The notes beneath the pieces are model-generated. The model saw only the letters and a list, made by a program, of their open reading frames with translations, made no database searches and was not told where the DNA came from. A DNA stretch of 64,000 nucleotides from Eukaryota sp. GEM-RC1 (lineage: Eukaryota), in assembly GCA_040285855.1 (NCBI GenBank), contig JAUFOQ010000006.1, forward strand, positions 682,001 through 746,000, given 5' to 3'. Shown one piece after another: positions 1 through 12,770 of this stretch; position 1 is the stretch's first letter; each line of letters begins with the position of its first letter. Made by a program: the position numbers and the translations under genes.

Positions 1-300
1 CATTGTAGTAGTAATCGTGTGTACGTTACAACCACAGCCATCACACTGAAGGCCGTCGGGACCAAAATTGATAGTAGCGATGTTTGTTTTGGCTCTATAT
101 CTTACAGAGGAGGATCCTGTATTACTGGCATAAGCCCATTTCTTTGGATAAATTTAGTACTCAGGAAAGTCTTCCCATTGACCAGAAGTTGATGTGTATA
201 TACGTTCGATGGTAGAAGAGGAAAGATTGTGGATCACAACCCGATACAGAGTACACTCGGACAACACAAGAAGGAGGAGGAGGCCTAGAAGAATAGACAT
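1..300 (-). pseudogene. Small secreted Cys-containing protein, tandem paralog of 615-938, with an in-frame TAA; runs off the window start
   Basis: ATG at 300 gives MSILLGLLLLLVLSECTLYRVVIHN...GQWEDFPEY*IYPKKWAYASNTGSSSVRY...FGPDGLQCDGCGC, collinear with the paralog. TAA at 156-154 aligns to its TTA (Leu). Confidence 0.7.
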
Positions 301-614
301 GACGAGAAGAAATTTGGCCCCTTTGATTCAAAATGTACAATCACACCACAATGAGATGTGGAACCTCCTGCGGATGATCAATCCATGTTGACCAACCTTA
401 GTGACCGACGCATTGTTAGTTCCTGTCCGGAAAGGAATATAAAGCTGCTGAAATTGCGGCAAAGGGATGAATCTAATCTGTATTGTCGTATCGAACGATT
501 GGAATGAGAGATCTTCCTTCACCCATTGGATTTCCACCAAGTCTTCGCCTCAACTTGATTGATATCAGAAAGAGTGTTATGAACTTAAAATCGAACAGAA
601 TTTATTGAAACACA

Positions 615-938
615 TCAACATCGGAGGTAGACCTTCCAAGCCGTAGTAGTAATACTGGAAGTTGTACAACCACATCCATTACATTGAAGGCCGTCCGGAC
701 CAAATTTGATAACAGCAGTGTTTCCATTGGCTCTATATCTTACAGAGGAGGATCCTGTGTTACTGGCATTAGCCCATGTCATTGGAAAAATTAAATGCTT
801 AGGAAACTCTTCCCATCGACCAAATGACGATGTTTGTAGACGTTCGATTGTATTAGTTGAACGGTTGTGGATCTGAACCTGATAAACAGTACACCCAGAC
901 AACACAAGAAGGAGGAGGAGACTTAGAAGAAGAGACAT
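615..938 (-). CDS. Small secreted protein (~107 aa) with signal peptide and CxxCxC motif
   Basis: ATG at 938 starts MSLLLSLLLLLVLSGC (hydrophobic leader), supported by the paralog at 1-300 starting at the equivalent ATG. Confidence 0.75.
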   Translation of the reverse strand: MSLLLSLLLLLVLSGCTVYQVQIHNRSTNTIERLQTSSFGRWEEFPKHLIFPMTWANASNTGSSSVRYRANGNTAVIKFGPDGLQCNGCGCTTSSITTTAWKVYLRC

Positions 939-1273
939 GATGTAAAGAACATCGAGGCGAGTTGTTGAAATTGGAGTCATGTGTATTATGAAGACTCGTA
1001 CATTCAAAGCTGAACCAAAAATATATCAATAGTAAACAAAAGTGATGGTCTGTTTACGAGCAATGGTAATACGTCAAAAGTAATAGTGATTCCAAATGCT
1101 GGAGAACGACTTGGATGCGAAGTAGTCTAAAAGTAGATTCTAGGACTCTTGGAGAATGCAATAGAATGAATAAGAGGAGGTTTGTCTTGAAAGGAAAACA
1201 AGCACGAATTTAGGAAAGAAGACGTGCAAATTCTCTCTTGGGAAGGTCAAGTGGAAACCCACATCATCAACGC

Positions 1274-4200
1274 ATGAGCGCCTTCCAGAAAGCCTCTGAG
1301 GACTCCCACGCTACTACCACCAATTTTGGAATACGAAGCGCTTCTTTCTTGCATAAAGCTGAACAAAGGATATTCGTGCTTTTTCAAGCAGTATCATCAG
1401 ATGTCACGCGATTCGACTTCTTTGCCACGTTAATATTGCTGCTAGAGGTATTGCAGATGATCGGTCTCGTGCTCAATCGCTACAATTTCCCACTATGGGA
1501 CTCCCTATTTGACATGAGATTCGTTCATTGGCTTACTGTTCCACTCCACCTCTACTGAGTTTGATGTTCGATTATGGTCACTTTACGTTATTACAGTTGT
1601 TGCAATGACTGTCATTTTCTTATCGCTTTCCCTTATCTTAGCTCTTACATCTGAATGCCTTGAATACTCCCTCAAACTCGTTCTTGTCAAAGGCTCGTTT
1701 CATCTCTTATGTACACTCTTTTATATACCACTGACATCCGTAATTTTGTCCTTTATGTTCTGCTCTCCTCAAAATGATGACGTTTCTCTCAACTTTCGAA
1801 CCCTTTTCGATGAATCAAACTGTTGGGGAATTCAGTCCATTTTAATTCGATCGTCCCTTCTACTACTTCTAGTTTTGCTCTTCAGTTGTGTTCTCAGCTA
1901 TCACCTGTGTTGTTATGATGGTAACCCATGTTCCAAAAGACCCTTTGCTAGAGCACACTCTCATGTCCAATTCTGGTTGTTTCTCTCTAAATCTGTTCTA
2001 CTTCTCATCTTCTACTTCCTTCCCTTCCGCCCTTGGCTCTTTCGCACTGTTTATGTTTTCTGTTCTCTCTTTATTCCTTTTCTTGTTGCAACACGACTTC
2101 CCTTCTATAAATCTCATTCTAATCTCAAGTATGTCATCTTTTTATCACTTTGGACTGCCACATCCTTTTGTTATCTGATTAATCTTCTCTACGTCTCTAA
2201 TCACGTCACTCAATCAAATCAAGGCACTGTCGTGTTGGTCACGTGGACTTTCCTTGTTGTTTTGTTTTCAATCATTTTTTACCGTATTTGTAAAAATTCA
2301 ATTAATCGCTACTATTGCCGACCCTCAAAAGACGAGAGTAGTTTAACTCTAACTTCTGCGTCCTCCAACATTCCCCAACACTCTTTGTCCATTGGAGTCT
2401 TACCAGAAATGGATGAATCTGATACTGATTGGTCGGAGAAACAATTTCCCAGTCGTGAATCGAACACGATTACAAAACCTTCAATCAAACTGCCTCCTAT
2501 CAAATCTGATTGGCAAGTTGAGCTCTTTACACGATTTCTTCAGCCAAAACCACTCAGATCCCTTCCGGAAGATAAAGATTTGGCCGCTTTAATTTTTGAT
2601 CATATTGGCGATCGTTTTAACGAAATTGTCGATGTTTTACTATTCAAAATTAATTTTGAATTATTCATCAAACAGAATCACTTGGCGCTAGTCTCTATCA
2701 AATCACTAATCAATGCACTTGATTGTGACCTTAACTTACGTCATCGGTTTCTTCTATATTATTACCAGTTTCATGCAGATGACTTAAGAAGACGTACAAA
2801 TACTGGCACTGAAGCTGTTGATGCCAAGTCATCGTGGATGTTTCAGAAGAATCTTCGAGAAGCCAAGGAACATTATAGAAACTGTCTTGACTGTCTTATT
2901 CAGTTTTGGAATACGTTGACTGTGGAAAATGCGCGCATAACTAAGCTTCCTTTCATAACTGACAAACTCCGGAATTTAAAAGCATCTGCTGATAACATAT
3001 TTAAATCATTATTGAATTCTTTTCCGGATAATCGTGAAGTTCTCTCGGTTTATGCTAAGTATATTCGTGAGATCAATATGGATGAAGAAACAGCTAAGTT
3101 AATCGAAGATTCTATTGAGATGCAATCATCAATTGGTAGTGAAGGAACAGGATCACATGCTCCTTCTCAAGCTTTCAGTGCTGATTACTCTGTTGCAATA
3201 TCTAAGGGAGGACGAAAAAAGCGGAAAAGAAAGGGTAGATTGTCATTGGAAGTGGGAACAGAGGATCAGTCTCATCGACATGTTGAGAGACTTTCTGCAA
3301 TAATGTTTATTTCTTTCACTTTGGTTGGAGTTGTTACTGTTATTTCTTTCATTTTCTTTAGTAACACGTTGGATGGCGTGTCCAATAGAGCTCAACAACT
3401 GGTTGAGGGCAGTCATATTCTAGCAATGGCTAACAAAATCATACCAGAAGTTTATCTTTACAGCCACCACTACTTTAAAAATGGATCACGTTTCAGAGCT
3501 CAAATTCTAGAAGATTCTGAACATATTGGTACGTTTTTTTCTTTATTTTCTCATCTCAGGTTACCATGCAAGAAGAGTATTTATGGGATCGAATTCTTTA
3601 ACCACACCAAGTTCTTATATTTGTCCTAGAGTTAATGAAGCCCCCTTGAATGAAATCCATGACGATTTGGTGTCAGAATTCCTTCGAAATCCTAGTCTAC
3701 TTTCCTACACTTATCGGACCACTAACCCGCCATTTAGTCACACTAAAGTTCTCAATTACTGGGACACGGTTCTGAGGTACGGTATGGCCGCAGTTGATTT
3801 TGTCACATCATATGAAGGTAAAAACCTTTTTGGAAACAAGCATTTGAATTACCTACTTCAAAACAGGAGGGCGATTAATAGAGGAGGACCTGAATTTAGG
3901 AGAACAATTCTAAGTGCAATGACTAATGTCTTCAATATGTCAAGATTTATCTCATTTGTTTCATTTTTTATTGTGATTTGTTGCTTAATAGTTATCGGAG
4001 TATTTGGATTTCACAGAATTATTCTGTCAATCTCTGTAGAACGGCAAGGAGTTTTAAACCTTTTCTTATGGGTACCAAAGGACACGTGTCGTCGTATTGT
4101 TTCTGACCTTCAGTCACGTTTGAAGTCATCTGGTGCAGTTTATTATGAAGATAGTGATAACGACTTCGATCCCATTGCCTCTTATCATTCTATTAGCGAT

Positions 4201-6689
4201 GCGGAAGTGGAAGTTCAGCAAATGGAAGATTCAAGTGTTGCTGTATTTCTCGATGATGATGATCACGTTGAGCAATCAAATGTTGTTGACCTCCATGACA
4301 AGATTATCTTTCTGGGGTTAAGTTTTTGTCTGTTTATATTGGTGTCTATAATGCTTTTTATCTTTACAAAGTATTCTTCTAATCAGGATGAGCTGTTTGC
4401 TGAAATTAATGAGAACTTTCGGCTTGATGTCGTGGTAGGTGATTTGATTGTCATGGATTTCATTCTTACTTCTCGAACGTTTTCCTTTGTTGCCACCGGA
4501 GATCTCTTATGGTATCAAAGTTACTGGGGATTTGTTGAATCGGACAGAAGACGAATCATGGCTGACAATTTCTTTTATTCCACCCGTGTTTCTGCCGATG
4601 TCAAGACTCAATTAGCTGCACCACAAGAGTCTATTGATATTTTAGGTCATTTCCAGCGAATCAGCCAATCACTTGCCAGTCAAGTATTCAATCACACTCG
4701 TGATGATGTGTCGTATGTTCATGATTATCAATATGATATTGCAAGCGAGCAATCTATCAATAATGATCGTGTTCAATATGAAGGTTACTCTAATTGGTAT
4801 ACTAATCACACTCACGATTCATCACTTTCCTCTTCTGAAAAATATTTACGTGCAAAGGAAACTGTGAGCTCTTCCAGATATCACAATCACCTTGATTCAA
4901 TAGTCAATGTTTTTTCCACACTTCCCATTTATTTGATATTGAATCAACAACCACTACTGACAGACTATTCACTAATCAGCGATTGTTACTTACGTTGTTT
5001 ACTGTTCTTGCAGTAAGTTTCTTGGTTTGTACGGGTATATTTGTAGGGAAGTGTTTGTATCGATTTCCATCAATCAAAGTTTCCTTGTTGGTTGTGATTA
5101 CAGTTCCAGTATTAGTATTGCTAATTTCCGTGTTTTCTGCTGTTTACTCCACAAAACTTCTTTCTTATTGGGATGAAACTAACTCAATCACTGATGACGT
5201 CATTTCTCAAGTGTCCACGTGTAAGTTTTTGTTTGCACAGATGAGGTATTTCTCTGATAGATTCATTTTATCAGGGAATTTCAACACCTATTTAGAGTAT
5301 AGAAGTACTAGACAACAGCTACTCGATTCCATTGGCGAGTTAGTTGTACTGTTTTCTAATTCTGACAATTCTCCACTTGCAAGTTCCCTTTCAAATCTTC
5401 AAGATTCATTTGCTAACGTTTTCACTGATCTTGATCGTGTTTTCCGTGTTCAAGACGTTGCTTTTGTATTAGCTTGTAGCCACTACGAAATTCCTTCTTC
5501 TCTTACTCCTGAACTAGATGATATTGACTGGGATATATCCACTGAGGAAAACAGTCATCAGAAAATTATTCAACAACAAAGGATTCCACTGAGTCAGCGT
5601 TATACCAACAAAACTTTTGACCTATCACGTTCTTCTTCTGACCAACTTCTTTTAGCTCAACATATTACCATGGGAAGACACTTCCTTCCCGTTCTTTCAC
5701 GGATTATGAATCATTATCTGGAGAATTTAATCAACAACTTTGTTTCTTCAAGCGTTGAATACTTGGAATTTCTTAGAAATCCAACTTTATTTAAATTTTT
5801 CCATAATTCACTTATGGTTGCCACGTGTTTTACTGTAATTGTTTTTCTGTTTATACTGATGGTTGTCACTACACCCAAAAGAAAAATGGCTGCCCATGTA
5901 AAACAAGTTGTTGAACTTACTTTGGTGAAAAAGTTTCAGAACCAATCAATAGTGGCTCTTTTTTGCATGGCTATTGGTATCGCCTTGTTCTTCATTCTTG
6001 CTATTTATGCCACGTTTGCGCTTGAACCTTGGCCTCGACAACTTGAATTAGCTGGAGAACTTAGCAGAAATACCTATACTATTACTGGAAGAGTATTAGA
6101 GGCAGCCATGAACCCAACTACCAGAGAAGAAAGTTGCTTTAGAATGGGTTTAAGAGTTAATGTGTTGGTTCGAGATCACAGTGAATTGTTGTATCATTCT
6201 GCTCCTTTTTTAGAGTCAGCAGCAGGCCGCTTTGCCCCACAAAATGATCTCTTATTTAACACAAATTTTAATATTTTGACTTATAACACCAGTGTTTTGC
6301 AAGAGTTTGGTCTCAACTTTTTGCTTCATCGTTTCATTTCTCTCGTTTCTCCCTTGATGTTACAGGATACCTCTGTAGTATGGGATGTCGATTCCCCTTA
6401 TATTCAAGAAACAATTCAAGTAGGTGATGACGTAGCTTCACTCTCTCTTGATTCTCTTGATCTTATACAGGAGGAACTTCAGATATCTATTAAGTTTTAC
6501 AGGATTTTAATTATACTGTCAATGATTCTAGTTTTTCTTATTTCAGTTTTAATCCATGTATTTCTTTTTAGAAAGATGTTGAACACTTTAAATGAAGAAG
6601 AAGAAATCAGTGCACAATTGATTTCAATGATTCCTCAAAGTGTTGTAGATTCTAATCTGATCATTCAGCAGTTTGTTCTCAATAGTTAG
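1274..6689 (+). CDS. Large multi-pass membrane protein, TmcB/TmcC (tiny macrocysts)-like; one intron (3529-3559) and two apparent frameshifts (~1550, ~4912)
   Basis: ORFs 1238-1558, 1605-3629, 3526-5016 and 4983-6689 join into one frame path. N-terminal TM block with LPFY..N, helical region with FW..L and YAKY..E, then repeated TM pairs. The 31-nt intron restores EHIG-YHARR. Confidence 0.65.
3529..3559 (+). other. 31-nt spliceosomal intron
   Basis: GTACGTTTTTTTCTTTATTTTCTCATCTCAG; removal joins the two ORFs in frame. Confidence 0.85.
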
Positions 6690-8396
6690 ATTTAGTTGTT
6701 GTTTAGTAGTTTAAGTTGCAGTGTATTATATATTTAAATAGTGCAAATATTTAAATAAAATGAGTTTTGTATTCATATTACATTAGAACTGTTGATGACT
6801 TTCAAGTTAGGAGGACCATTCCAGACAACTACAATACTCTTGAATGGAATGGAAATTTCCTCAAAATCTGTCTTGAATAAAGCAAGGAAACCTCAAATGC
6901 GTCTAACGAACGTATACTTTGTCACATCACCTGAGAAAAAGTCCTGGAATCTGAAAAACCAAGTTTGTTTGTTCAATATTTTGAAAATTTGAAAGCACTA
7001 CTGCAACGTTATTTCGCCAATCCGCTGTACTTTTGTAATAATTTCATGCCAAATGCATCAACGGGAGAAAGGTCAAAAGAGCACGTACTGTAGTAAATTG
7101 TTATTGATTTCGCTTGTATTTCAATTTTTTCATTACAGCATGATACATGTACTTCTAAAGGGTTTGTAATTCTCAGCTTCAACCAAATGGCACATTGCAA
7201 TGTTCACTGCAAACCATTCATAAACAGCATTACACGAATCAACTCTAATATCATCCACAAAAACCATCAAACTATTTTGCCAAGGGAAGGTACTAGTAAT
7301 GTCAGAACGACCTTTTCCATAAATATCAATACTAGTGATTGTTAAGTTCAAATCACCCACGGTTATAAAACAAATTGTAATTGTGATGGCTTTCATACAA
7401 CAAATTTTGCCTGAGCTACACTAATTACAACAGACTGAATTAATATTTGAAAAATCGGTTATTAACCAAATCAGTGTGTGTTATAAAATTATAAATTGGA
7501 CTATTGACAATAAGCTAGGTCAAATGAAGCGTCTCATACTCAGAAAGGTTTTCCATTCTTCTCCACTACACAGTAGTTCATAGACCCAATGCAATTGAGT
7601 CATCAAAGCAGACACAGAACTGTTATAATTTACTATAATTCACTTAGTAAACTGTTTGTTTTCAAAAAATCAGCAGTGGACTAAAGAAAGTAATTGGAGC
7701 AGTTGATGTCTCCTGAACCAAACACATTACTTCGATTTGATTGAAAACAGTATGTTCTGTTATCAAGGATCTATGTAACTAATAATAACAATATGTTAAT
7801 ATTCCTTGATGTGACAACATTTGAACCTTGTACTCTGACCTTTTTCAACAATCTGACTTTATAAGTTTTTGGCAATCTAGAAACAACCGAAAAACCTAAA
7901 ATGGATTTGAATTAATATGATGACGCTAATCTCAATCAAGATGTTTTGCTGATGAAATGATGTCTTATCTTATCATCAATGTTTTGTCTATTATGTGTCA
8001 GTTTTGATTGAAGATTCAATTAATCAATTTGACAAAATCGTATGCTATATATTGTTCTCTGTTCCAAAAATGCTAAGTCAAACATTGTGGAGGCAATCGA
8101 ATTAACATGGCAAAACTCAAAAATTTATTTCATATTTGTTGATTATTCAAATCTGTGAATCTCTAAAACTGAACTTGAGCACCCTAAAGTAATTTTGAGA
8201 ACAAATTGGGGACGATTCTTCGTCTCGCGTCGTTGTCGATAAGGTAGTTCCCTGTATTGTCCAACGATTGTACGCTCTCGGAAGGACTTGCATGGTGTAT
8301 AACTTTGATTCACATAAGGTGTTTTTCATTTTCAAGACAAAGCATAAGTGATATTTATGACGATTTTCCTTAGCTATGTAAAAGTGTAACAATAAA

Positions 8397-10449
8397 CTAC
8401 CATCTCCTCTCTCTTCTTCGTGGTATATGGCGGTTATTGCCGCCCTCTTTAATCCCACTCAGGGCGGCGACCTGTTTTTTTCCTTTCTTCATTAATGCCA
8501 AACTAATGGCATCAGTATACTCTTCACCAGTAGTTTCTACTTCATCAAAAGAGTCAGTAAGATCATCCTCTTCAAATTGATCGGAATCAATGATCTCGAT
8601 TTGAAGTGATTCTCGACCCTTGGCTGATTCTTTCCTTTTATGGGAATTATTGTTTCTCTTTTTGGCCCATAACTTTATAGGTTTACCAGTCAACAGAGAG
8701 GTTTCACTGAAAAGAGAATTAATTGTACTGAAGTGATCTGTCGCAATGAGAATTTCTAGGAATTCTACAGATTCTGAAGAGAAATCAGACAAAACAAAAA
8801 CAGAAAATAGTTTGCGAAAAAAAGGAATCTGCCAGAAATAGTGGTGACGTGTAACGACTCTAGATAAGGAAAACAATCAGTAAATTCAGTACAATTTTGA
8901 TAGGTGGAAGTATTCATGAATTCTTTGAAATTCATACTCAATGTGGAGAACAATTTTAAATTTGATACCGTGAATACTTTCCACAATGAAGAAAAATCCC
9001 AACAACGTCAACAGTTCCACAACTCTGTGAAGTGTCGACCCAGCAACTTGGACTTGAAAGTAAGAGAGTTCAGTGGAAACAACTCTGGGAAGCTGCCGGG
9101 GATCAGTAAAAGAAGAAAACAAGAGGAGGATAAGTTCACTGTCAGAAAAGAGAGGAAGGTTTAAAAACTTTTGACGTGATCTTATAAAACGAAGAGACAG
9201 TAAAAAGGTAAAAGCAATTGGTTGCAATTCAGCAATCTTTTCAAAAATTGGTAACATAGCCAATTCAGAATGACTATCAGCAAATGCACAGGAATCAATG
9301 AATTCAACCGCAGTAGTAGCATTACTCTTAATTAATTCAAACTGAGAACAATTGGGTTTGTCAGTGACCATGGTAAATATAGCATCAATTCCTTCAATCA
9401 AAGGTCTTTGAAAAGACACCACAGTAAAAGATTGTTGAGAAACAGAATCAACAAAAGCTCTGGACCGTAGGTTCATTGTTGGAGATGAAGACCTGCTGAC
9501 AGAACAAGTGACATGAACTGGTAGAAGCTGGTGTTAACAGAACAAACTGCATCAGACTGAATATGCAACGATGATTTTGAACTCAATGAATCATTTGGGC
9601 AAGATGACGTGACGAATTGTTGGACAAAAGATTTAACAAATTCACGAAGCTCTGGATATTTGTCAATATTGTCAATATATCGACTAAACATCTGCTTAGG
9701 ACACTTTAACAAATGTTCTAAAAGCTCATACTTCCACTTTCCCCCAAACACTGCTCTAACAGCACCTTTTCCACAATAGTGAACCCCATCGATCATCCAA
9801 ATCTCTTCAAAAGACCTGGAAGTGTGAGAGTAAACGTCATCAGTGTGGTAGATTTCGAAAAACACTGGTTCGGAAGAAAACCCTGAGACAAATAGATGGA
9901 CAACTTCGTTCCACGCTTCATTGGGGAGAACAGCAAAAGAAAAGTGAGGGATTAGAACTGGCCGGCAAATACAGAACGAACACTCCCCTGAAACTACTGA
10001 ATTCATCATGAATGAATCATAACGACCAGAGTAAACACGCAGTTCATGGCCTGCGTGTACAGCTGCCACCAGTGTAGCAGGATCTGGGCACCGAAGAACG
10101 AAGTGTAGGTAGGAATATACCGAAGGGATTTGAATGGTGCTTGTTTTCTTTCAGGTGGAGATCTGTCATTCACGGGATTGGTGTTATCCCGTTGCGACAC
10201 TCCATCAAACACGGCGCAAGAGATATTGCGTCGTTTCAAACCGAGAAAGAACTGGTTGAACAAATAGAGAGCATGACTTAAATCGATACCCTTTGTTCGA
10301 TCTCGGAAGAACGTGGGAATAAAGACACGTAAGAAATATCGGCAGTCAATGGCGATCTTGGTGTGCCGTGTATCGCCATCTTTGCTTAATTCAAAGACAC
10401 TATGTGGGACAAATTGCTCCAGAAATGTGGGAAGGAACGGAAGTCCCAT
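8397..10449 (-). CDS. PIN/XPG-N-like (Asteroid/FAM120-like) protein, broken by about four frameshifts
   Basis: N-terminus MGLPFLPTFL...IAIDCRYF...VFDG matches the XPG/PIN N-terminal pattern. Overlapping ORFs 10006-10449, 9473-10069, 8886-9476, 8765-8986 and 8397-8876 tile the region, ending in an acidic then basic tail. Confidence 0.5.
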
Positions 10450-10489
10450 GATGATGAAAAACTGCTTTGAAATTCAGTTAACAACCAGG

Positions 10490-10612
10490 CAGGGGTGGGA
10501 AAACAATATTGCAATAATTATAAACATATTTTAGCCACAAAAAAATATTGCAATTCTGAAATAATGCCAATAAATATTGCAAATCTTCAACCAATATTTC
10601 AATATTGCAATA
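10490..10612. mobile_element. Left arm of a hAT-like MITE (CAGGGGTGGG end, ATATTGCAA subterminal repeats), interrupted by the 10619-11374 element
   Basis: CAGGG terminus followed by several ATATTGCAA copies. Similar repeats occur at 12050-12140, 34680-34790 and 43240-43385. Matching right end not found. Confidence 0.45.
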
Positions 10613-10618
10613 ATATAA

Positions 10619-11374
10619 GAGAATGTCTAAATCCACAACTTATTACACAACTTCACTTATTACACAGAACTCAAGCACGACAATTTATTGTCGTGCGACA
10701 ACTAGATCCTCATCACTTTAATATCAAAGTTCTTCAATCAGTGTGCTCGATTGCTATGATTGATTACAACTTATTTGTTGAACTTTGCATCACCAATGTT
10801 TTCGTCAGCCTACGTGGTTTTATTGTCTTGTCCTATAAATACATCTCATACAACTCTGTTTCTGTCAACTCATGCTTTGAGGAGGTTTTGAACCTCCATT
10901 ACAGGTAACAGTTCTTATAATTTGGCAATACTGCCTGACTAATAAGAGCACATCTACGATTGTTTACACCAAGTGCTTCTCCTTTGTTATTATTCGAAGA
11001 CATACGACTGAAGGATCTGTGTGATCCGAATTGACACTCTCTTTGAATCACATTGCCAGGAGGAGCTTGAGGAACTTAAAAACACACATAATCAGGACAA
11101 TCAACCAGGGAAAATGTGCAGCCTTCTGTGTTTCAGTAAGTGATCTTACAACATGAGACAAGTCCGCCAAAAAACTACCTTGTGCAACTTCTGCAACTGC
11201 TTACTCAGTAGAGATTGAGAGTGTGAAGAAGTTCCTCTTTAGAAATAAGGAATACGGAAGCGGGTTTAGTTATTCGAATAGGGTGTTGGGGGTAAGACAT
11301 TATGATGGTAAAAATTGTTTGAGTTCTGTGTAATAAGTGAAGTTGTGTAATAAGTTGAGGATTTAGACATTCTC
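10619..11374. mobile_element. Non-autonomous DNA transposon with ~56-bp TIRs and 8-bp TSD (Mutator-like by structure)
   Basis: TIR GAGAATGTCTAAATCC(A/T)CAACTTATTACACAACTTCACTTATTACACAGAACTCAA at both ends in inverted orientation. TAATATAA at 10611-10618 and 11375-11382. Confidence 0.85.
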
Positions 11375-11440
11375 TAATATAAATCATATTATGTATTTAT
11401 TACAAAGAACCCACATATTCTATTGTTCATCATCATCAGA

Positions 11441-11693
11441 GAAAAGAAGCGTAAGTTTAGAATGGTTGAATGGAAAAACCGTATTGTGTTTTCCATATAT
11501 CGGAATATGCATTTCTAATTCTCTAGATTAATTGAGAAATTGTACAAGTTTGGTGTGAAGGTTAATGTTGATAAACGTAATCTTTTACCGGGTGGTGATG
11601 AAGTCGTTTGGATTTAATCTTAGTATTATTTGTTTGTTTTTACAATTTCATAGTTTGTAGGAAGGTTACCTTTTGGGTGCCGAATAAATTCTC
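11441..11693 (+). mobile_element. 5'-truncated non-LTR retroelement copy (family A), 3' end only
   Basis: Near-identical to 22281-22535 (...KVNVDKRNLLPGGDEVVWI*, AATAAA, TCTC tail). Flanked by TCATCAGAGA at 11433-11442 and 11694-11703. Confidence 0.85.
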
Positions 11694-12436
11694 TCATCAG
11701 AGATATCGGAAATAATCTCAACACAATTGTCTAGATCTTCGAATTGTTTTCTGCTCATGATTGTCTTACAGTAGCTTCATCCTAAAAAATGACTGTTGTC
11801 TTTCATTATTATTTGCATTTCAAGACTGGAGGGCTTCAGAGAAAATCACTTCAGAGGAAAGAATTTCCATTGTACGTCATTAAAGACTCGAACTGAGCTC
11901 AAATGATAGATATTATGACAATAAAACAACTGAAAATCATTACCGATAAAGCAACTCTCATTATATTTCAACACATAAGACAACAAAAATGGTTTTGGAT
12001 GTCCAAATGGTGATGCAAAACAACGAAATGAACAAGTCGAAGTATTTTGACAGTATTGCAATAATTAACCGGTGCAACAATAAACATTGCTCCACCTTTA
12101 AAGAGCGGAAATAAATATTGGAGCAATATTTATTACAATATCTCACGTTGTGGAAGACCTTCAGACTTTTCAACAATAAGAGATCTCCTACCTCTACTAG
12201 TAGGGACTGGTTCCGTTTCTACAACTTCTTCAACTCCATGGTTATCAGATTTAGTTGCTCTCCAATGGTATCCTAAAGGAAGTTCGGCAGAAGATCTGCG
12301 GAAGTAAGCAAGACATGTTCTTCCATGGTGTAGGTGAGGAAATATTGTCCAATTTGTAAGTCATTTATTGCTTCCCATGTTGAATAAACCTATTTCTAAT
12401 TTAAAAGTTGAACCTAACCCTCGTACTTAACAATGA

Positions 12437-12644
12437 TTATGATAGTAATAAACACAAGGTAACGTCAAATCGTAAAAATAGAATATCACAACAATCACAT
12501 CAAATCACAAATATTTTACTTTGTGATATTGGATATCACAACAATCACAATTTCACATCACAAATGGATACCTTTGTGATTTTGTGAGTCACAACAATCA
12601 CATCACACAATCACATCACAAAAATGTGTGATTCGCAACTACGG
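12437..12644. repeat. ATCACA/ATCACAACA repeat cluster, probable MITE arm remnant
   Basis: Many ATCACA copies in both orientations. Flanked by the direct repeat TTAACAATGA (12427-12436, 12645-12654). A related GTGATC cluster lies at 43460-43520. Confidence 0.5.
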
Positions 12645-12770
12645 TTAACAATGACTTCATAGATTGTTGTGGCCCCTATACAAACACTTTCAATTTATTA
12701 TATATTGTAACGTTAACCAATACCTGCCCCTACATCGATACCGTTGTAAGACAAAGATGCTAAAACAGTC

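Noticed and set aside
6790..7400. Short ORFs with faint hAT-transposase-like wording (NAVYEWFAVN)
   Set aside because: Too short and degenerate to support without a profile search.
8147..8458. 103-aa ORF as a continuation of the PIN-like gene
   Set aside because: The preceding frame ends in a natural basic tail at 8397 and this ORF has no recognisable features.
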